From NCBI RefSeq assembly GCF_045037415.1, contig NZ_CP173438.1: a stretch of 64,000 nucleotides of DNA, one strand, 5' to 3'. A program made the translations under genes and the position numbers. Below, one piece after another: positions 10,402-21,018 of this stretch (positions are counted from its first letter, which is position 1; each line of letters opens with the position of its first letter). Origin of the DNA: Escherichia coli (GTDB lineage Bacteria > Pseudomonadota > Gammaproteobacteria > Enterobacterales > Enterobacteriaceae). Under the pieces are notes generated by a model that worked only from the letters and a program-made list of their open reading frames with translations, searched no databases and was not told the origin of the DNA.

Positions 10402-10746
10402 TTACACCGCAGCCACAATCTTAATTTCAACTTTATACTTCGGGTTCATCAAACCTGCTTGTACCGTGCAGCGCACCGGCGCATGACCCGCGACAACCCA
10501 GGCATCCCACGCTTTATTCATCGCCGCGAAGTCGTTTTTATCGGCCAGGAAAATGGTGGCATCCAGAATGCTCGATTTATTGCTGCCCTGTTTTTCCAGC
10601 ACGGCGTCAATCTGCGCCAGCGTGTTGGCGGTTTGCTCAAAGGCATCGGCGTCGAGGTTTTCCGGTACACCAGTGTAGTAGAGCGTGTTGTTGTGGATTA
10701 CCACATCAGACCAGCGGGCTTCGGCATCGATACGAACGATAGTCAT
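10402..10746 (-). CDS. yoaB: RidA/YjgF-family protein
   Basis: ORF 10402-10794; K-12-length product (114 aa) begins MTIVRIDAEARWSDVVIHNNTLYYTGVPENLDADAFEQ...; GAGGA upstream. Confidence 0.9.
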   Translation of the reverse strand: MTIVRIDAEARWSDVVIHNNTLYYTGVPENLDADAFEQTANTLAQIDAVLEKQGSNKSSILDATIFLADKNDFAAMNKAWDAWVVAGHAPVRCTVQAGLMNPKYKVEIKIVAAV

Positions 10747-10877
10747 CATTTTGTCCTCATTATACTTCCATTTTCGTGCTGCAAAGACTGCCACAATGTG
10801 AGGTCGCCGTCACCACTTCAACTGGCGAAAGCGCCCTCATCCTGACATAATCCCTGTTCAAATCAACAGGGGGTAGT

Positions 10878-12788
10878 GTGACGGACGATTTTGCACAAGA
10901 CGGTCAGCTGGCGAAAGCGATACCAGGCTTTAAGCCGCGAGAACCACAGCGACAGATGGCGGTAGCCGTCACCCAGGCGATAGAAAAAGGCCAGCCGCTG
11001 GTGGTGGAAGCCGGAACCGGTACGGGCAAAACCTACGCTTACCTGGCCCCTGCGCTGCGGGCGAAAAAGAAAGTCATAATCTCGACCGGCTCAAAAGCGT
11101 TGCAGGATCAGCTCTACAGCCGCGATTTGCCAACGGTCTCAAAGGCATTGAAATACACGGGCAATGTGGCGCTGCTGAAAGGGCGCTCAAACTACCTCTG
11201 CCTCGAACGTCTCGAACAGCAGGCTTTGGCGGGGGGCGATCTGCCGGTACAAATCTTAAGCGATGTGATCCTGCTGCGCTCCTGGTCTAATCAAACAATC
11301 GATGGTGATATCAGCACCTGCGTCAGCGTGGCGGAAGATTCACAGGCGTGGCCGCTGGTCACCAGCACCAACGATAACTGCCTCGGCAGCGACTGCCCGA
11401 TGTATAAAGATTGCTTTGTGGTCAAAGCACGCAAAAAAGCGATGGACGCCGATGTGGTGGTGGTAAACCATCATCTCTTTCTGGCGGATATGGTGGTGAA
11501 AGAGAGCGGTTTTGGCGAACTGATCCCGGAGGCGGACGTCATGATCTTCGACGAAGCCCACCAGCTGCCCGACATTGCCAGCCAGTATTTTGGTCAGTCA
11601 CTCTCCAGTCGACAACTGCTCGACCTGGCAAAAGACATCACCATCGCCTACCGCACCGAATTAAAAGACACCCAGCAGTTACAAAAGTGCGCGGATCGTC
11701 TTGCCCAGAGTGCGCAGGATTTTCGCCTGCAACTCGGTGAGCCTGGTTATCGCGGTAACCTGCGTGAGCTGTTAGCTAATCCGCAAATTCAGCGGGCATT
11801 TTTACTGCTCGATGACACTCTGGAACTTTGTTATGACGTGGCGAAACTGTCGCTGGGGCGTTCCGCCTTGCTGGATGCGGCATTTGAGCGCGCCACGTTA
11901 TATCGCACACGGCTGAAACGGCTAAAAGAGATCAATCAGCCGGGCTACAGCTACTGGTACGAATGCACTTCGCGCCATTTTACTCTGGCTCTCACGCCGC
12001 TCAGCGTGGCGGATAAATTCAAAGAGTTAATGGCGCAAAAAACCGGTAGCTGGATCTTTACCTCAGCAACGCTGTCGGTGAACGACGATCTGCATCATTT
12101 CACCTCGCGGCTTGGCATTGAACAGGCAGAGTCATTGCTGTTACCCAGCCCCTTTGATTACAGCCGCCAGGCGTTACTCTGTGTGCCGCGCAACCTGCCG
12201 CAAACCAATCAACCGGGTTCCGCACGGCAACTGGCGGCAATGCTGCGACCGATCATCGAAGCTAACAACGGTCGTTGTTTTATGCTTTGTACCTCGCACG
12301 CCATGATGCGCGATCTGGCCGAGCAGTTCCGCGCTACCATGACGCTTCCCGTTTTGTTGCAGGGGGAAACCAGCAAAGGGCAACTGTTGCAGCAATTTGT
12401 CAGCGCCGGTAACGCGCTTCTTGTGGCAACCAGCAGTTTCTGGGAAGGGGTGGACGTGCGTGGCGATACATTGTCATTGGTGATTATCGACAAATTGCCG
12501 TTTACCTCGCCGGATGATCCACTATTAAAAGCACGCATGGAAGATTGCCGTTTGCGCGGTGGTGATCCGTTCGATGAAGTACAACTGCCGGATGCGGTCA
12601 TTACTCTCAAGCAGGGGGTAGGGCGATTGATTCGCGACGCCGACGATCGCGGCGTGCTGGTGATTTGCGACAATCGGCTGGTGATGCGCCCTTACGGCGC
12701 GACGTTTCTCGCCAGTCTGCCGCCAGCGCCGCGCACCCGTGACATTGCCCGTGCGGTTCGTTTCCTTGCGATACCATCCTCCAGGTAA
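10878..12788 (+). CDS. yoaA: DinG-family ATP-dependent DNA helicase
   Basis: 636-aa ORF, GTG start; Walker A GTGTGKT, DEAH box IFDEAHQL, Fe-S cysteine cluster CLGSDCPMYKDCF visible. Confidence 0.95.
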   Translation: MTDDFAQDGQLAKAIPGFKPREPQRQMAVAVTQAIEKGQPLVVEAGTGTGKTYAYLAPALRAKKKVIISTGSKALQDQLYSRDLPTVSKALKYTGNVALLKGRSNYLCLERLEQQALAGGDLPVQILSDVILLRSWSNQTIDGDISTCVSVAEDSQAWPLVTSTNDNCLGSDCPMYKDCFVVKARKKAMDADVVVVNHHLFLADMVVKESGFGELIPEADVMIFDEAHQLPDIASQYFGQSLSSRQLLDLAKDITIAYRTELKDTQQLQKCADRLAQSAQDFRLQLGEPGYRGNLRELLANPQIQRAFLLLDDTLELCYDVAKLSLGRSALLDAAFERATLYRTRLKRLKEINQPGYSYWYECTSRHFTLALTPLSVADKFKELMAQKTGSWIFTSATLSVNDDLHHFTSRLGIEQAESLLLPSPFDYSRQALLCVPRNLPQTNQPGSARQLAAMLRPIIEANNGRCFMLCTSHAMMRDLAEQFRATMTLPVLLQGETSKGQLLQQFVSAGNALLVATSSFWEGVDVRGDTLSLVIIDKLPFTSPDDPLLKARMEDCRLRGGDPFDEVQLPDAVITLKQGVGRLIRDADDRGVLVICDNRLVMRPYGATFLASLPPAPRTRDIARAVRFLAIPSSR

Positions 12789-12845
12789 TTTGTTACGGAG
12801 TATGGTATGATGCGCGCCTTTTTATTGATCTAAGCACGAAGACCC

Positions 12846-13541
12846 ATGCGAATTCTGGCTATCGATACCGCGACAGAGGCCTGCTCTGTCGCCCTGTGGA
12901 ACGACGGTACTGTCAACGCTCATTTTGAGCTTTGCCCTCGTGAACATACTCAACGAATCTTACCGATGGTGCAGGATATCCTGACCACCAGCGGAACTTC
13001 CCTGACTGACATAAACGCTCTGGCTTACGGGCGCGGCCCCGGTAGCTTTACCGGCGTGCGCATTGGTATTGGTATTGCGCAAGGGCTGGCACTTGGCGCA
13101 GAGCTGCCGATGATTGGCGTCTCCACGCTAATGACGATGGCGCAAGGGGCGTGGCGCAAAAACGGCGCAACCCGCGTGCTGGCAGCTATTGACGCGCGAA
13201 TGGGCGAAGTTTACTGGGCCGAATATCAGCGTGATGAAAACGGTATCTGGCACGGTGAAGAAACCGAAGCCGTACTCAAACCCGAACTGGTTCATGAACG
13301 AATGCAACAGCTTTCCGGCGAATGGGTGACGGTAGGGACGGGCTGGCAAGCCTGGCCGGATCTCGGTAAAGAGAGCGGGCTGGTTTTGCACGATGGCGAA
13401 GTGTTACTGCCCGCTGCAGAAGATATGCTGCCGATTGCGTGCCAGATGTTTGCCGAGGGTAAAACGGTGGCGGTGGAACATGCCGAACCAGTTTATTTAC
13501 GTAACAATGTCGCATGGAAGAAACTTCCGGGCAAAGAATGA
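12846..13541 (+). CDS. tsaB: tRNA threonylcarbamoyladenosine biosynthesis protein TsaB
   Basis: 231-aa [49 protein letters not shown]... recognised as TsaB (YeaZ). Confidence 0.95.
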   Translation: MRILAIDTATEACSVALWNDGTVNAHFELCPREHTQRILPMVQDILTTSGTSLTDINALAYGRGPGSFTGVRIGIGIAQGLALGAELPMIGVSTLMTMAQGAWRKNGATRVLAAIDARMGEVYWAEYQRDENGIWHGEETEAVLKPELVHERMQQLSGEWVTVGTGWQAWPDLGKESGLVLHDGEVLLPAAEDMLPIACQMFAEGKTVAVEHAEPVYLRNNVAWKKLPGKE

Positions 13542-13580
13542 ATCTTAAGAGTATGCCCTGAGAAAAAAAGGAGTCGCATC

Positions 13581-14162
13581 ATGGCGGTTCAAAAGAATGT
13601 TATCAAAGGCATACTGGCAGGTACGTTTGCGCTAATGCTGAGCGGTTGTGTTACTGTGCCGGACGCCATTAAAGGCAGTAGTCCCACGCCGCAACAAGAT
13701 TTAGTTCGGGTGATGAGTGCGCCGCAGCTGTACGTTGGTCAGGAGGCTCGCTTTGGCGGCAAAGTGGTTGCTGTACAAAACCAGCAAGGGAAAACCCGCC
13801 TGGAAATTGCCACCGTACCACTGGACAGCGGAGCCAGACCGACGCTGGGAGAACCTTCTCGCGGTCGCATTTATGCCGATGTGAACGGTTTTCTGGACCC
13901 GGTGGATTTCCGCGGACAACTGGTGACGGTAGTCGGGCCAATCACCGGTGCGGTTGACGGCAAAATCGGTAATACGCCCTATAAATTTATGGTGATGCAA
14001 GTAACGGGTTACAAACGTTGGCATTTAACCCAGCAGGTGATTATGCCGCCTCAGCCGATTGAACCATGGTTTTATGGCGGTCGTGGCTGGCCCTATGGCT
14101 ACGGCGGATGGGGCTGGTATAATCCCGGCCCCGCGAGAGTACAAACAGTTGTAACTGAATAA
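13581..14162 (+). CDS. yeaY: Slp-family outer-membrane lipoprotein
   Basis: 193-aa ORF with lipoprotein signal [23 protein letters not shown] (lipobox LSGC); recognised as YeaY. Confidence 0.92.
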   Translation: MAVQKNVIKGILAGTFALMLSGCVTVPDAIKGSSPTPQQDLVRVMSAPQLYVGQEARFGGKVVAVQNQQGKTRLEIATVPLDSGARPTLGEPSRGRIYADVNGFLDPVDFRGQLVTVVGPITGAVDGKIGNTPYKFMVMQVTGYKRWHLTQQVIMPPQPIEPWFYGGRGWPYGYGGWGWYNPGPARVQTVVTE

Positions 14163-14183
14163 TTGCTTGTTTTTAAAGAAAAA

Positions 14184-14295
14184 GAAACAGCGGCCGGTCC
14201 GCTGTTTCTGCATTCTTACGGTAAAGATAAAAATAAATAGTGACGCGCTTCGCAACCTTTTCCTTGGGTAATTATCAAGCTGGTAAGATGAGTTA
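14184..14295 (+). promoter_or_regulatory. fadD promoter region with two FadR-operator-like sites (GGCCGGTCCGCTGTTTC at 14192-14208; AGCTGGTAAGATGAGTT at 14278-14294)
   Basis: Both match the FadR operator pattern (CTGGT..GA....TT) and lie within 200 bp upstream of fadD; the upstream site is part of an inverted repeat GAAACAGCGG-CCGGT-CCGCTGTTTC (14184-14208) that could also terminate yeaY. Confidence 0.45.
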
Positions 14296-14366
14296 ATATT
14301 ATGTTAATAGCATGTTTATCACTTGGGGTTGCGATGACGACGAACACGCATTTTAGAGGTGAAGAA

Positions 14367-16052
14367 TTGAAGAAGGTTTGGCTTAACCGTTATCCCGCGG
14401 ACGTTCCGACGGAGATCAACCCTGACCGTTATCAATCTCTGGTAGATATGTTTGAGCAGTCGGTCGCACGCTATGCCGATCAACCCGCGTTTGTGAATAT
14501 GGGGGAGGTGATGACCTTCCGCAAACTGGAAGAACGCAGTCGCGCGTTTGCCGCTTATTTGCAACAAGGGTTGGGGCTGAAGAAAGGCGATCGCGTTGCG
14601 TTGATGATGCCTAACTTATTGCAATATCCGGTGGCGCTGTTTGGCATTTTGCGTGCCGGGATGATCGTCGTAAACGTTAACCCGTTGTATACCCCGCGTG
14701 AGCTTGAGCATCAGCTTAACGATAGCGGCGCATCGGCGATTGTTATCGTGTCTAACTTTGCCCACACTCTGGAAAAAGTGGTTGATAAAACCGCCGTTCA
14801 GCACGTTATTCTGACCCGTATGGGCGATCAGCTATCTACGGCAAAAGGCACGGTAGTCAATTTCGTTGTTAAATACATCAAGCGTCTGGTGCCGAAATAC
14901 CATCTGCCAGATGCCATTTCATTTCGTAGCGCCCTGCACAACGGCTACCGGATGCAGTACGTCAAACCAGAATTGGTGCCGGAAGATTTAGCTTTCCTGC
15001 AATACACCGGCGGCACCACTGGTGTGGCGAAAGGCGCGATGCTGACTCACCGCAATATGCTGGCGAACCTGGAACAGGTTAACGCGACCTATGGTCCGCT
15101 GTTGCATCCGGGCAAAGAGCTGGTGGTGACGGCGCTGCCGCTGTATCACATTTTTGCACTGACCATTAACTGCCTGCTGTTTATCGAACTGGGAGGGCAG
15201 AACCTGCTTATCACTAACCCGCGCGATATTCCAGGGCTGGTAAAAGAGTTAGCGAAATATCCGTTTACCGCTATCACTGGCGTTAACACCTTGTTCAATG
15301 CGTTGCTGAACAATAAAGAGTTCCAGCAGCTGGATTTCTCCAGTCTGCATCTTTCCGCAGGCGGTGGGATGCCTGTTCAGCAAGTGGTTGCAGAACGTTG
15401 GGTTAAACTGACTGGACAGTATCTGCTGGAAGGTTATGGCCTGACCGAGTGCGCGCCGCTGGTCAGCGTTAACCCGTATGATATTGATTATCATAGTGGT
15501 AGCATCGGTTTGCCGGTGCCGTCGACGGAAGCCAAACTGGTGGATGATGATGATAATGAAGTACCACCTGGTCAACCAGGTGAGCTTTGTGTCAAAGGAC
15601 CGCAGGTGATGCTGGGTTACTGGCAGCGTCCGGATGCTACCGATGAAATCATCAAAAATGGCTGGTTACACACCGGCGACATCGCGGTGATGGATGAAGA
15701 AGGATTCCTGCGCATTGTCGATCGTAAAAAAGATATGATTCTGGTTTCCGGTTTTAACGTCTATCCCAACGAGATTGAAGATGTCGTCATGCAGCATCCT
15801 GGCGTACAGGAAGTCGCGGCTGTTGGCGTACCTTCCGGCTCCAGTGGTGAAGCGGTGAAAATCTTCGTAGTGAAAAAAGATCCATCGCTTACCGAAGAGT
15901 CACTGGTGACCTTTTGCCGCCGTCAGCTCACGGGCTACAAAGTACCGAAGCTGGTGGAGTTTCGTGATGAGTTACCGAAATCTAACGTCGGAAAAATTTT
16001 GCGACGAGAATTACGTGACGAAGCGCGCGGCAAAGTGGACAATAAAGCCTGA
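14367..16052 (+). CDS. fadD: long-chain-fatty-acid--CoA ligase
   Basis: ORF 14301-16052; K-12-length product (561 aa) starts at TTG 14367 ([24 protein letters not shown]...) after AGAGGTGAAG; AMP-binding signature [14 protein letters not shown]. Confidence 0.95.
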
Positions 16053-16071
16053 GCGTTAAGTCAGTCGTCAG

Positions 16072-16097
16072 ACGCCGGTTAATCCGGCGTTTTTTTT
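16072..16097 (+). terminator. rho-independent terminator of fadD
   Basis: ACGCCGG-TTAAT-CCGGCGT stem-loop followed by TTTTTTTT, 20 bp after the fadD stop. Confidence 0.7.
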
Positions 16098-16121
16098 GAC
16101 GCCCACTAAAGAGAATACAAT

Positions 16122-17249
16122 TTGAATTACCAAATGATTACCACGGACGATGCGCTGGCTTCTTTGTGTGAAGCCGTCCGTGCCTTTCCGGCGATAGCCC
16201 TGGATACTGAATTTGTTCGTACGCGCACTTATTACCCGCAGCTGGGTTTAATTCAACTTTTTGATGGTGAGCATCTGGCGCTAATCGATCCACTCGGGAT
16301 CACCGACTGGTCACCGCTGAAAGCGATCCTGCGCGATCCGTCCATCACAAAATTTCTCCATGCAGGCAGTGAAGATCTGGAAGTGTTCCTCAATGTCTTT
16401 GGCGAATTACCACAACCCTTGATTGACACGCAAATCCTTGCTGCCTTCTGCGGACGCCCGATGTCATGGGGTTTCGCTTCCATGGTGGAAGAGTATTCCG
16501 GCGTTACGCTGGACAAGAGTGAATCGCGCACCGACTGGCTGGCCAGACCGCTGACCGAACGTCAGTGTGAATACGCAGCGGCGGATGTCTGGTATCTGTT
16601 ACCGATCACCGCAAAGCTTATGGTAGAAACGGAGGCCTCCGGCTGGCTACCTGCGGCGCTGGATGAATGCCGCCTGATGCAAATGCGTCGTCAGGAAGTC
16701 GTTGCGCCGGAAGACGCCTGGCGTGATATCACCAATGCCTGGCAGTTACGCACACGCCAACTGGCCTGTCTGCAACTGTTAGCCGACTGGCGATTGCGCA
16801 AGGCGCGAGAGCGCGATCTGGCGGTGAACTTTGTCGTGCGTGAAGAGCATTTGTGGTCGGTAGCGCGTTATATGCCGGGAAGTCTGGGCGAACTGGACAG
16901 CCTGGGCTTATCCGGTAGCGAAATCCGCTTCCACGGTAAAACGTTGCTGGCGCTGGTGGAAAAAGCGCAGGCATTGCCGGAAGAGGCCTTACCGCAGCCG
17001 ATGCTTAACCTGATGGACATGCCGGGTTATCGTAAAGCGTTTAAAGCGATTAAGTCGCTGATTACTGACGTCAGCGAAACGCACAAGATCAGCGCCGAAT
17101 TGCTGGCATCGCGTCGGCAAATCAACCAACTGCTGAACTGGCACTGGAAACTGAAACCGCAGAACAATTTGCCGGAGCTGATTTCCGGCTGGCGTGGTGA
17201 GCTGATGGCGGAAGCATTACACAATTTATTGCAGGAATATCCACAGTAA
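16122..17249 (+). CDS. rnd: ribonuclease D
   Basis: 375-aa ORF beginning at TTG (rnd is known to use a UUG start); MNYQMITTDDALASLCEAVRAFPAIALDTEFVRTRTYYPQLGLIQLF... Confidence 0.95.
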   Translation: MNYQMITTDDALASLCEAVRAFPAIALDTEFVRTRTYYPQLGLIQLFDGEHLALIDPLGITDWSPLKAILRDPSITKFLHAGSEDLEVFLNVFGELPQPLIDTQILAAFCGRPMSWGFASMVEEYSGVTLDKSESRTDWLARPLTERQCEYAAADVWYLLPITAKLMVETEASGWLPAALDECRLMQMRRQEVVAPEDAWRDITNAWQLRTRQLACLQLLADWRLRKARERDLAVNFVVREEHLWSVARYMPGSLGELDSLGLSGSEIRFHGKTLLALVEKAQALPEEALPQPMLNLMDMPGYRKAFKAIKSLITDVSETHKISAELLASRRQINQLLNWHWKLKPQNNLPELISGWRGELMAEALHNLLQEYPQ

Positions 17250-17255
17250 AATCTT

Positions 17256-17291
17256 CCGAAGCCGGACTGGGCGCGCTCAGTCCGGCTTCGG
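17256..17291. terminator. strong 14-bp perfect hairpin immediately after rnd stop (CCGAAGCCGGACTG / CAGTCCGGCTTCGG)
   Basis: Perfect GC-rich inverted repeat with 8-nt loop 7 bp after rnd stop; no clean U-tract. Confidence 0.5.
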
Positions 17292-17332
17292 CAAACTACA
17301 AATCCAACAGCAGGCGGTTCAAATGAACTTAT

Positions 17333-17665
17333 TTGAGCTTAACGCCAAATGCGCTCGACACCACGACGAGTAAATACCGATTCCTGAATGACGACTTCAT
17401 TCTCTGTTCCTTCATTCACTCTACCGCCTGGCGAGGAATATTCGCCTTCGGTGTTTTTCCGGACCACGTAAAAATCGATGTCGCCAGGCTGTTTCCCGCC
17501 AGTGGTCATTTAGTACAAGTGCTACCGGAATATTACCAGCCAGCGAATGTCTGGGCCGTTTATGTTTCAAAGCTGTCGACGTCAGCGAAAGTGCGGATAA
17601 CGGTAGAATTTTTACGCCAGTATTTTGCCGAGCACTACCCGAATTTTTCACTGGAGCATGCCTGA
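17333..17665 (+). pseudogene. 3'-terminal fragment of a LysR-family regulator gene (dmlR/yeaT-like remnant)
   Basis: 110-codon ORF whose C-terminal two-thirds ([60 protein letters not shown]) has the layout of a LysR effector-domain C-terminus; frame closed by TGA at 17324-17326; no N-terminal HTH domain; sits where K-12 has dmlR upstream of leuE. Confidence 0.4.
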
Positions 17666-17722
17666 TTAATGATTCAATTATCGGGTTGATATCGAGTTAA
17701 AACCTGATTTTCTCCTTTCTAA

Positions 17723-18430
<708 letters not shown>

Positions 18431-18437
18431 TGCTTTC

Positions 18438-18457
18438 AGCCCGCGTTGCCGCGGGCT
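18438..18457 (+). terminator. short hairpin after leuE stop (AGCCCGCG-TTGC-CGCGGGCT)
   Basis: 8-bp GC stem 8 bp after leuE stop; no U-tract, weak assignment. Confidence 0.3.
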
Positions 18458-18513
18458 TCCCACCTGTAATCCTCCCTGATTCTTCTCTGATACGGTGCTA
18501 AAAAGTAACCAAT

Positions 18514-18536
18514 AAATGGTATTTAAAATGCAAATT
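18514..18536 (+). promoter_or_regulatory. NsrR-like operator in the yeaR promoter (AAATGGTATTTAAAATGCAAATT)
   Basis: 11-1-11 AT-rich dyad resembling the NsrR consensus (AAGATGCATTT A AAATACATCTT), about 70 bp upstream of yeaR; the yeaR-yoaG operon is known to be NsrR- and nitrate-regulated. Confidence 0.4.
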
Positions 18537-18602
18537 ATCAGGCGTACCCTGAAACGGCTGGAATAAACCGTTTCCAGCGCATTCACCGAAGGAGGGAAAA
18601 GG

Positions 18603-18962
18603 ATGCTGCAAATCCCACAGAATTATATTCATACGCGCTCAACGCCTTTCTGGAATAAACAAACTGCGCCTGCCGGAATATTCGAACGTCATCTTGATAA
18701 AGGAACGCGCCCGGGGGTTTACCCACGCCTTTCCGTTATGCATGGGGCGGTCAAATATCTCGGCTACGCTGATGAACACAGTGCAGAGCCTGATCAGGTG
18801 ATCCTTATCGAAGCGGGGCAGTTTGCGGTGTTCCCTCCAGAAAAGTGGCACAACATTGAAGCCATGACTGACGATACTTATTTCAACATTGACTTCTTCG
18901 TTGCTCCTGAAGTCCTGATGGAAGGCGCGCAACAACGGAAAGTCATTCATAACGGGAAATGA
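18603..18962 (+). CDS. yeaR: DUF1971 family protein (NO/nitrate-inducible)
   Basis: 119-aa ORF MLQIPQNYIHTRSTPFWNKQTAPAGIFERHLDKGTRPGVYPRLSVMHGAVKY... recognised as YeaR. Confidence 0.93.
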   Translation: MLQIPQNYIHTRSTPFWNKQTAPAGIFERHLDKGTRPGVYPRLSVMHGAVKYLGYADEHSAEPDQVILIEAGQFAVFPPEKWHNIEAMTDDTYFNIDFFVAPEVLMEGAQQRKVIHNGK

Positions 18963-18965
18963 ATC

Positions 18966-19148
18966 ATGGGCAAAGCAACGTATACCGTGACCGTCACCAA
19001 TAACAGCAATGGCGTTTCTGTCGATTATGAAACAGAGACGCCGATGACTTTGCTGGTGCCAGAAGTGGCGGCTGAAGTGATAAAAGATCTGGTGAATACC
19101 GTGCGTTCTTATGACACGGAAAACGAACATGATGTTTGTGGTTGGTAA
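18966..19148 (+). CDS. yoaG: DUF1869 family protein
   Basis: 60-aa ORF MGKATYTVTVTNNSNGVSVDYETETPMTLLVPEVAAEVIKDLVNTVRSYDTENEHDVCGW, 3 bp after yeaR stop. Confidence 0.9.
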   Translation: MGKATYTVTVTNNSNGVSVDYETETPMTLLVPEVAAEVIKDLVNTVRSYDTENEHDVCGW

Positions 19149-19295
19149 TTATCACTGATCGTTGATGGCGCAATTTCTGCGCCATCGCAAAAAATTCCTC
19201 CGTGATGCTCGTCACAAATCTTCCCCTCCCGATGTTGTGCTATGCTTTTTATCAGCGACTAACCCGCTAATGCAAAACAGATAAGTGAGGAAACA

Positions 19296-19544
19296 ATGGG
19301 CATTCTGTCATGGATTATTTTTGGGCTTATTGCCGGTATTCTGGCGAAGTGGATCATGCCAGGTAAAGATGGTGGTGGATTCTTTATGACTATCCTGCTG
19401 GGGATAGTCGGTGCCGTAGTCGGCGGATGGATCAGCACGCTGTTTGGCTTTGGTAAAGTCGATGGCTTCAATTTTGGCAGCTTCGTGGTTGCCGTTATTG
19501 GTGCGATTGTTGTGCTATTTATCTACAGGAAGATTAAAAGTTAA
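19296..19544 (+). CDS. yeaQ: GlsB/YeaQ/YmgE-family small membrane protein
   Basis: 82-aa ORF MGILSWIIFGLIAGILAKWIMPGKDGGGFFMTILLGIVGAVVGGWISTLFG...; AGGAAA upstream. Confidence 0.93.
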   Translation: MGILSWIIFGLIAGILAKWIMPGKDGGGFFMTILLGIVGAVVGGWISTLFGFGKVDGFNFGSFVVAVIGAIVVLFIYRKIKS

Positions 19545-19557
19545 CGCGTAAATTGCA

Positions 19558-19592
19558 CAAAGGCTGCACACAGGCAGCCTTTGCTATTTTTT
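19558..19592 (+). terminator. rho-independent terminator of yeaQ
   Basis: AAAGGCTGC-ACACAG-GCAGCCTTT followed by GCTATTTTTT, 14 bp after yeaQ stop; lies between convergent yeaQ and yoaJ. Confidence 0.6.
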
Positions 19593-19602
19593 AGATGTGA
19601 CG

Positions 19603-19677
19603 TTACCACCATCCCAGCTCAGTGCCGAGTACGACAATAATCGCCACACCCATCATAATAATCGTTGTTTTTTTCAT
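19603..19677 (-). CDS. yoaJ: small membrane protein YoaJ, 24 aa
   Basis: Not in ORF track. Minus strand reads ATGAAAAAAACAACGATTATTATGATGGGTGTGGCGATTATTGTCGTACTCGGCACTGAGCTGGGATGGTGGTAA = MKKTTIIMMGVAIIVVLGTELGWW. Confidence 0.8.
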   Translation of the reverse strand: MKKTTIIMMGVAIIVVLGTELGWW

Positions 19678-19679
19678 CT

Positions 19680-19778
19680 TTATGCTCCCGGGGCAGCATA
19701 GCCGCCAATAAAAAACCATGCTAAAAATACGACCGCTGTAATAAAGATTACAACCGGAAAAATAATACCGATTCGCAT
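19680..19778 (-). CDS. yoaK: small membrane protein YoaK, 32 aa
   Basis: Not in ORF track. Minus strand translates MRIGIIFPVVIFITAVVFLAWFFIGGYAAPGA; its stop lies 2 bp upstream of the yoaJ start codon. Confidence 0.8.
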   Translation of the reverse strand: MRIGIIFPVVIFITAVVFLAWFFIGGYAAPGA

Positions 19779-19810
19779 GTTATCACCAATCAAAAGGATG
19801 TGAATACGCC

Positions 19811-20836
19811 TCAGGAATGTAGCGCTGAATGCGTGACAAAAGGTGTTTTCTGTTTATGTTTTTTCTCCTGATACATCGCGATATCGGCAGCATGCAGGGC
19901 ACTGTCTGCATCGGTCGTTTCAGGATCGACTTCTACTATGCCAAGACTGGCACCAGGATAATACAAATCAACATCACCTAAGTGATATTCTCCGCGTATT
20001 TGTTGTTGAATACGTTCTCGCAGCGACGAAATATCCGCATTCTCGTTGTTCAGTGAAACAACCAAAAACTCATCACCGCCGAGACGACCAATAACTTCGC
20101 CATTTTGCTGGAGCGTATTAAGGCGCTCGCCAACCTGAATGAGAAACAGATCGCCACTATTATGACCAAAACGATCATTGATTAATTTGAAGTTATCCAG
20201 ATCGATAAACGCGATCATTATCTTATGGTTAAGATGCCGGGCGAGAGAAAACAGCGTCGTCAGATTTTCAAAAATCGCCCGCCGATTCGGTAGCCCGGTT
20301 AACGAGTCGGTATACGATTGCGCAATCAGCGCAGCATTAGCTTCGCGCAGCTGTTCAACCAGTGCCTCTTTTTGAATATATTGTGCAATCAGTCCGGCGA
20401 ATAACTGTAAGACCTGTTCCGCGCGTTCACTCCACTGGCGCTTCTCACTGCTGGCGGCGCAAAGCGTGCCATAGAATGATCCATCCGGTAAGTGAATTGG
20501 CGTGCTCAGAAATGTGGTGATGCCAAGATTGCGTGCCGCAATACAGTCGCCCCAACGGTCGGGGACTTCATCGCTGAAAAAACAGTTTTCATCAATGGCG
20601 CGTTTGCATAACGAGTAATCCCACGAGACGGTAAAATTCTCCGGGATGTGCATTTTCTGGCTATTACGGGCAAACATTATATGCTGCAGGCGCGCTTCGA
20701 CATCCACTTTGGTCAGGTAGGTTGACTCCATATCAGTGACCATTTCCAGCATCTCCAGAAGCTGTCGAACCAGACTTTCCAGTGACTGTTCTTTGGCAAG
20801 GGATTGCGAGACGCGGGCGATAATCTGATCTGACAC
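19811..20836 (-). CDS. dgcP: diguanylate cyclase with N-terminal GAF domain
   Basis: ORF 19811-20965; K-12-length product (341 aa) starts at GTG 20836 (SDQIIARVSQSLAKEQSLESL...); intact RLGGDEFLVVS GGDEF motif. Confidence 0.9.
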   Translation of the reverse strand: MSDQIIARVSQSLAKEQSLESLVRQLLEMLEMVTDMESTYLTKVDVEARLQHIMFARNSQKMHIPENFTVSWDYSLCKRAIDENCFFSDEVPDRWGDCIAARNLGITTFLSTPIHLPDGSFYGTLCAASSEKRQWSERAEQVLQLFAGLIAQYIQKEALVEQLREANAALIAQSYTDSLTGLPNRRAIFENLTTLFSLARHLNHKIMIAFIDLDNFKLINDRFGHNSGDLFLIQVGERLNTLQQNGEVIGRLGGDEFLVVSLNNENADISSLRERIQQQIRGEYHLGDVDLYYPGASLGIVEVDPETTDADSALHAADIAMYQEKKHKQKTPFVTHSALHS

Positions 20837-21018
20837 GAAACAACTCCAGGATACGGCGGGTAAATGCTGATTATTTAATCTTTGCAGGCATGATAAAACA
20901 TCATCAACAAAGATGAAACAAGGCGTAATATGTTTTGAGTGAATGTAATAAAAATAGTGCTGCAAAACAAAACGATACCGCGATACTCTAAGCCTGGATA
21001 AATATGTGAGATCAATAA

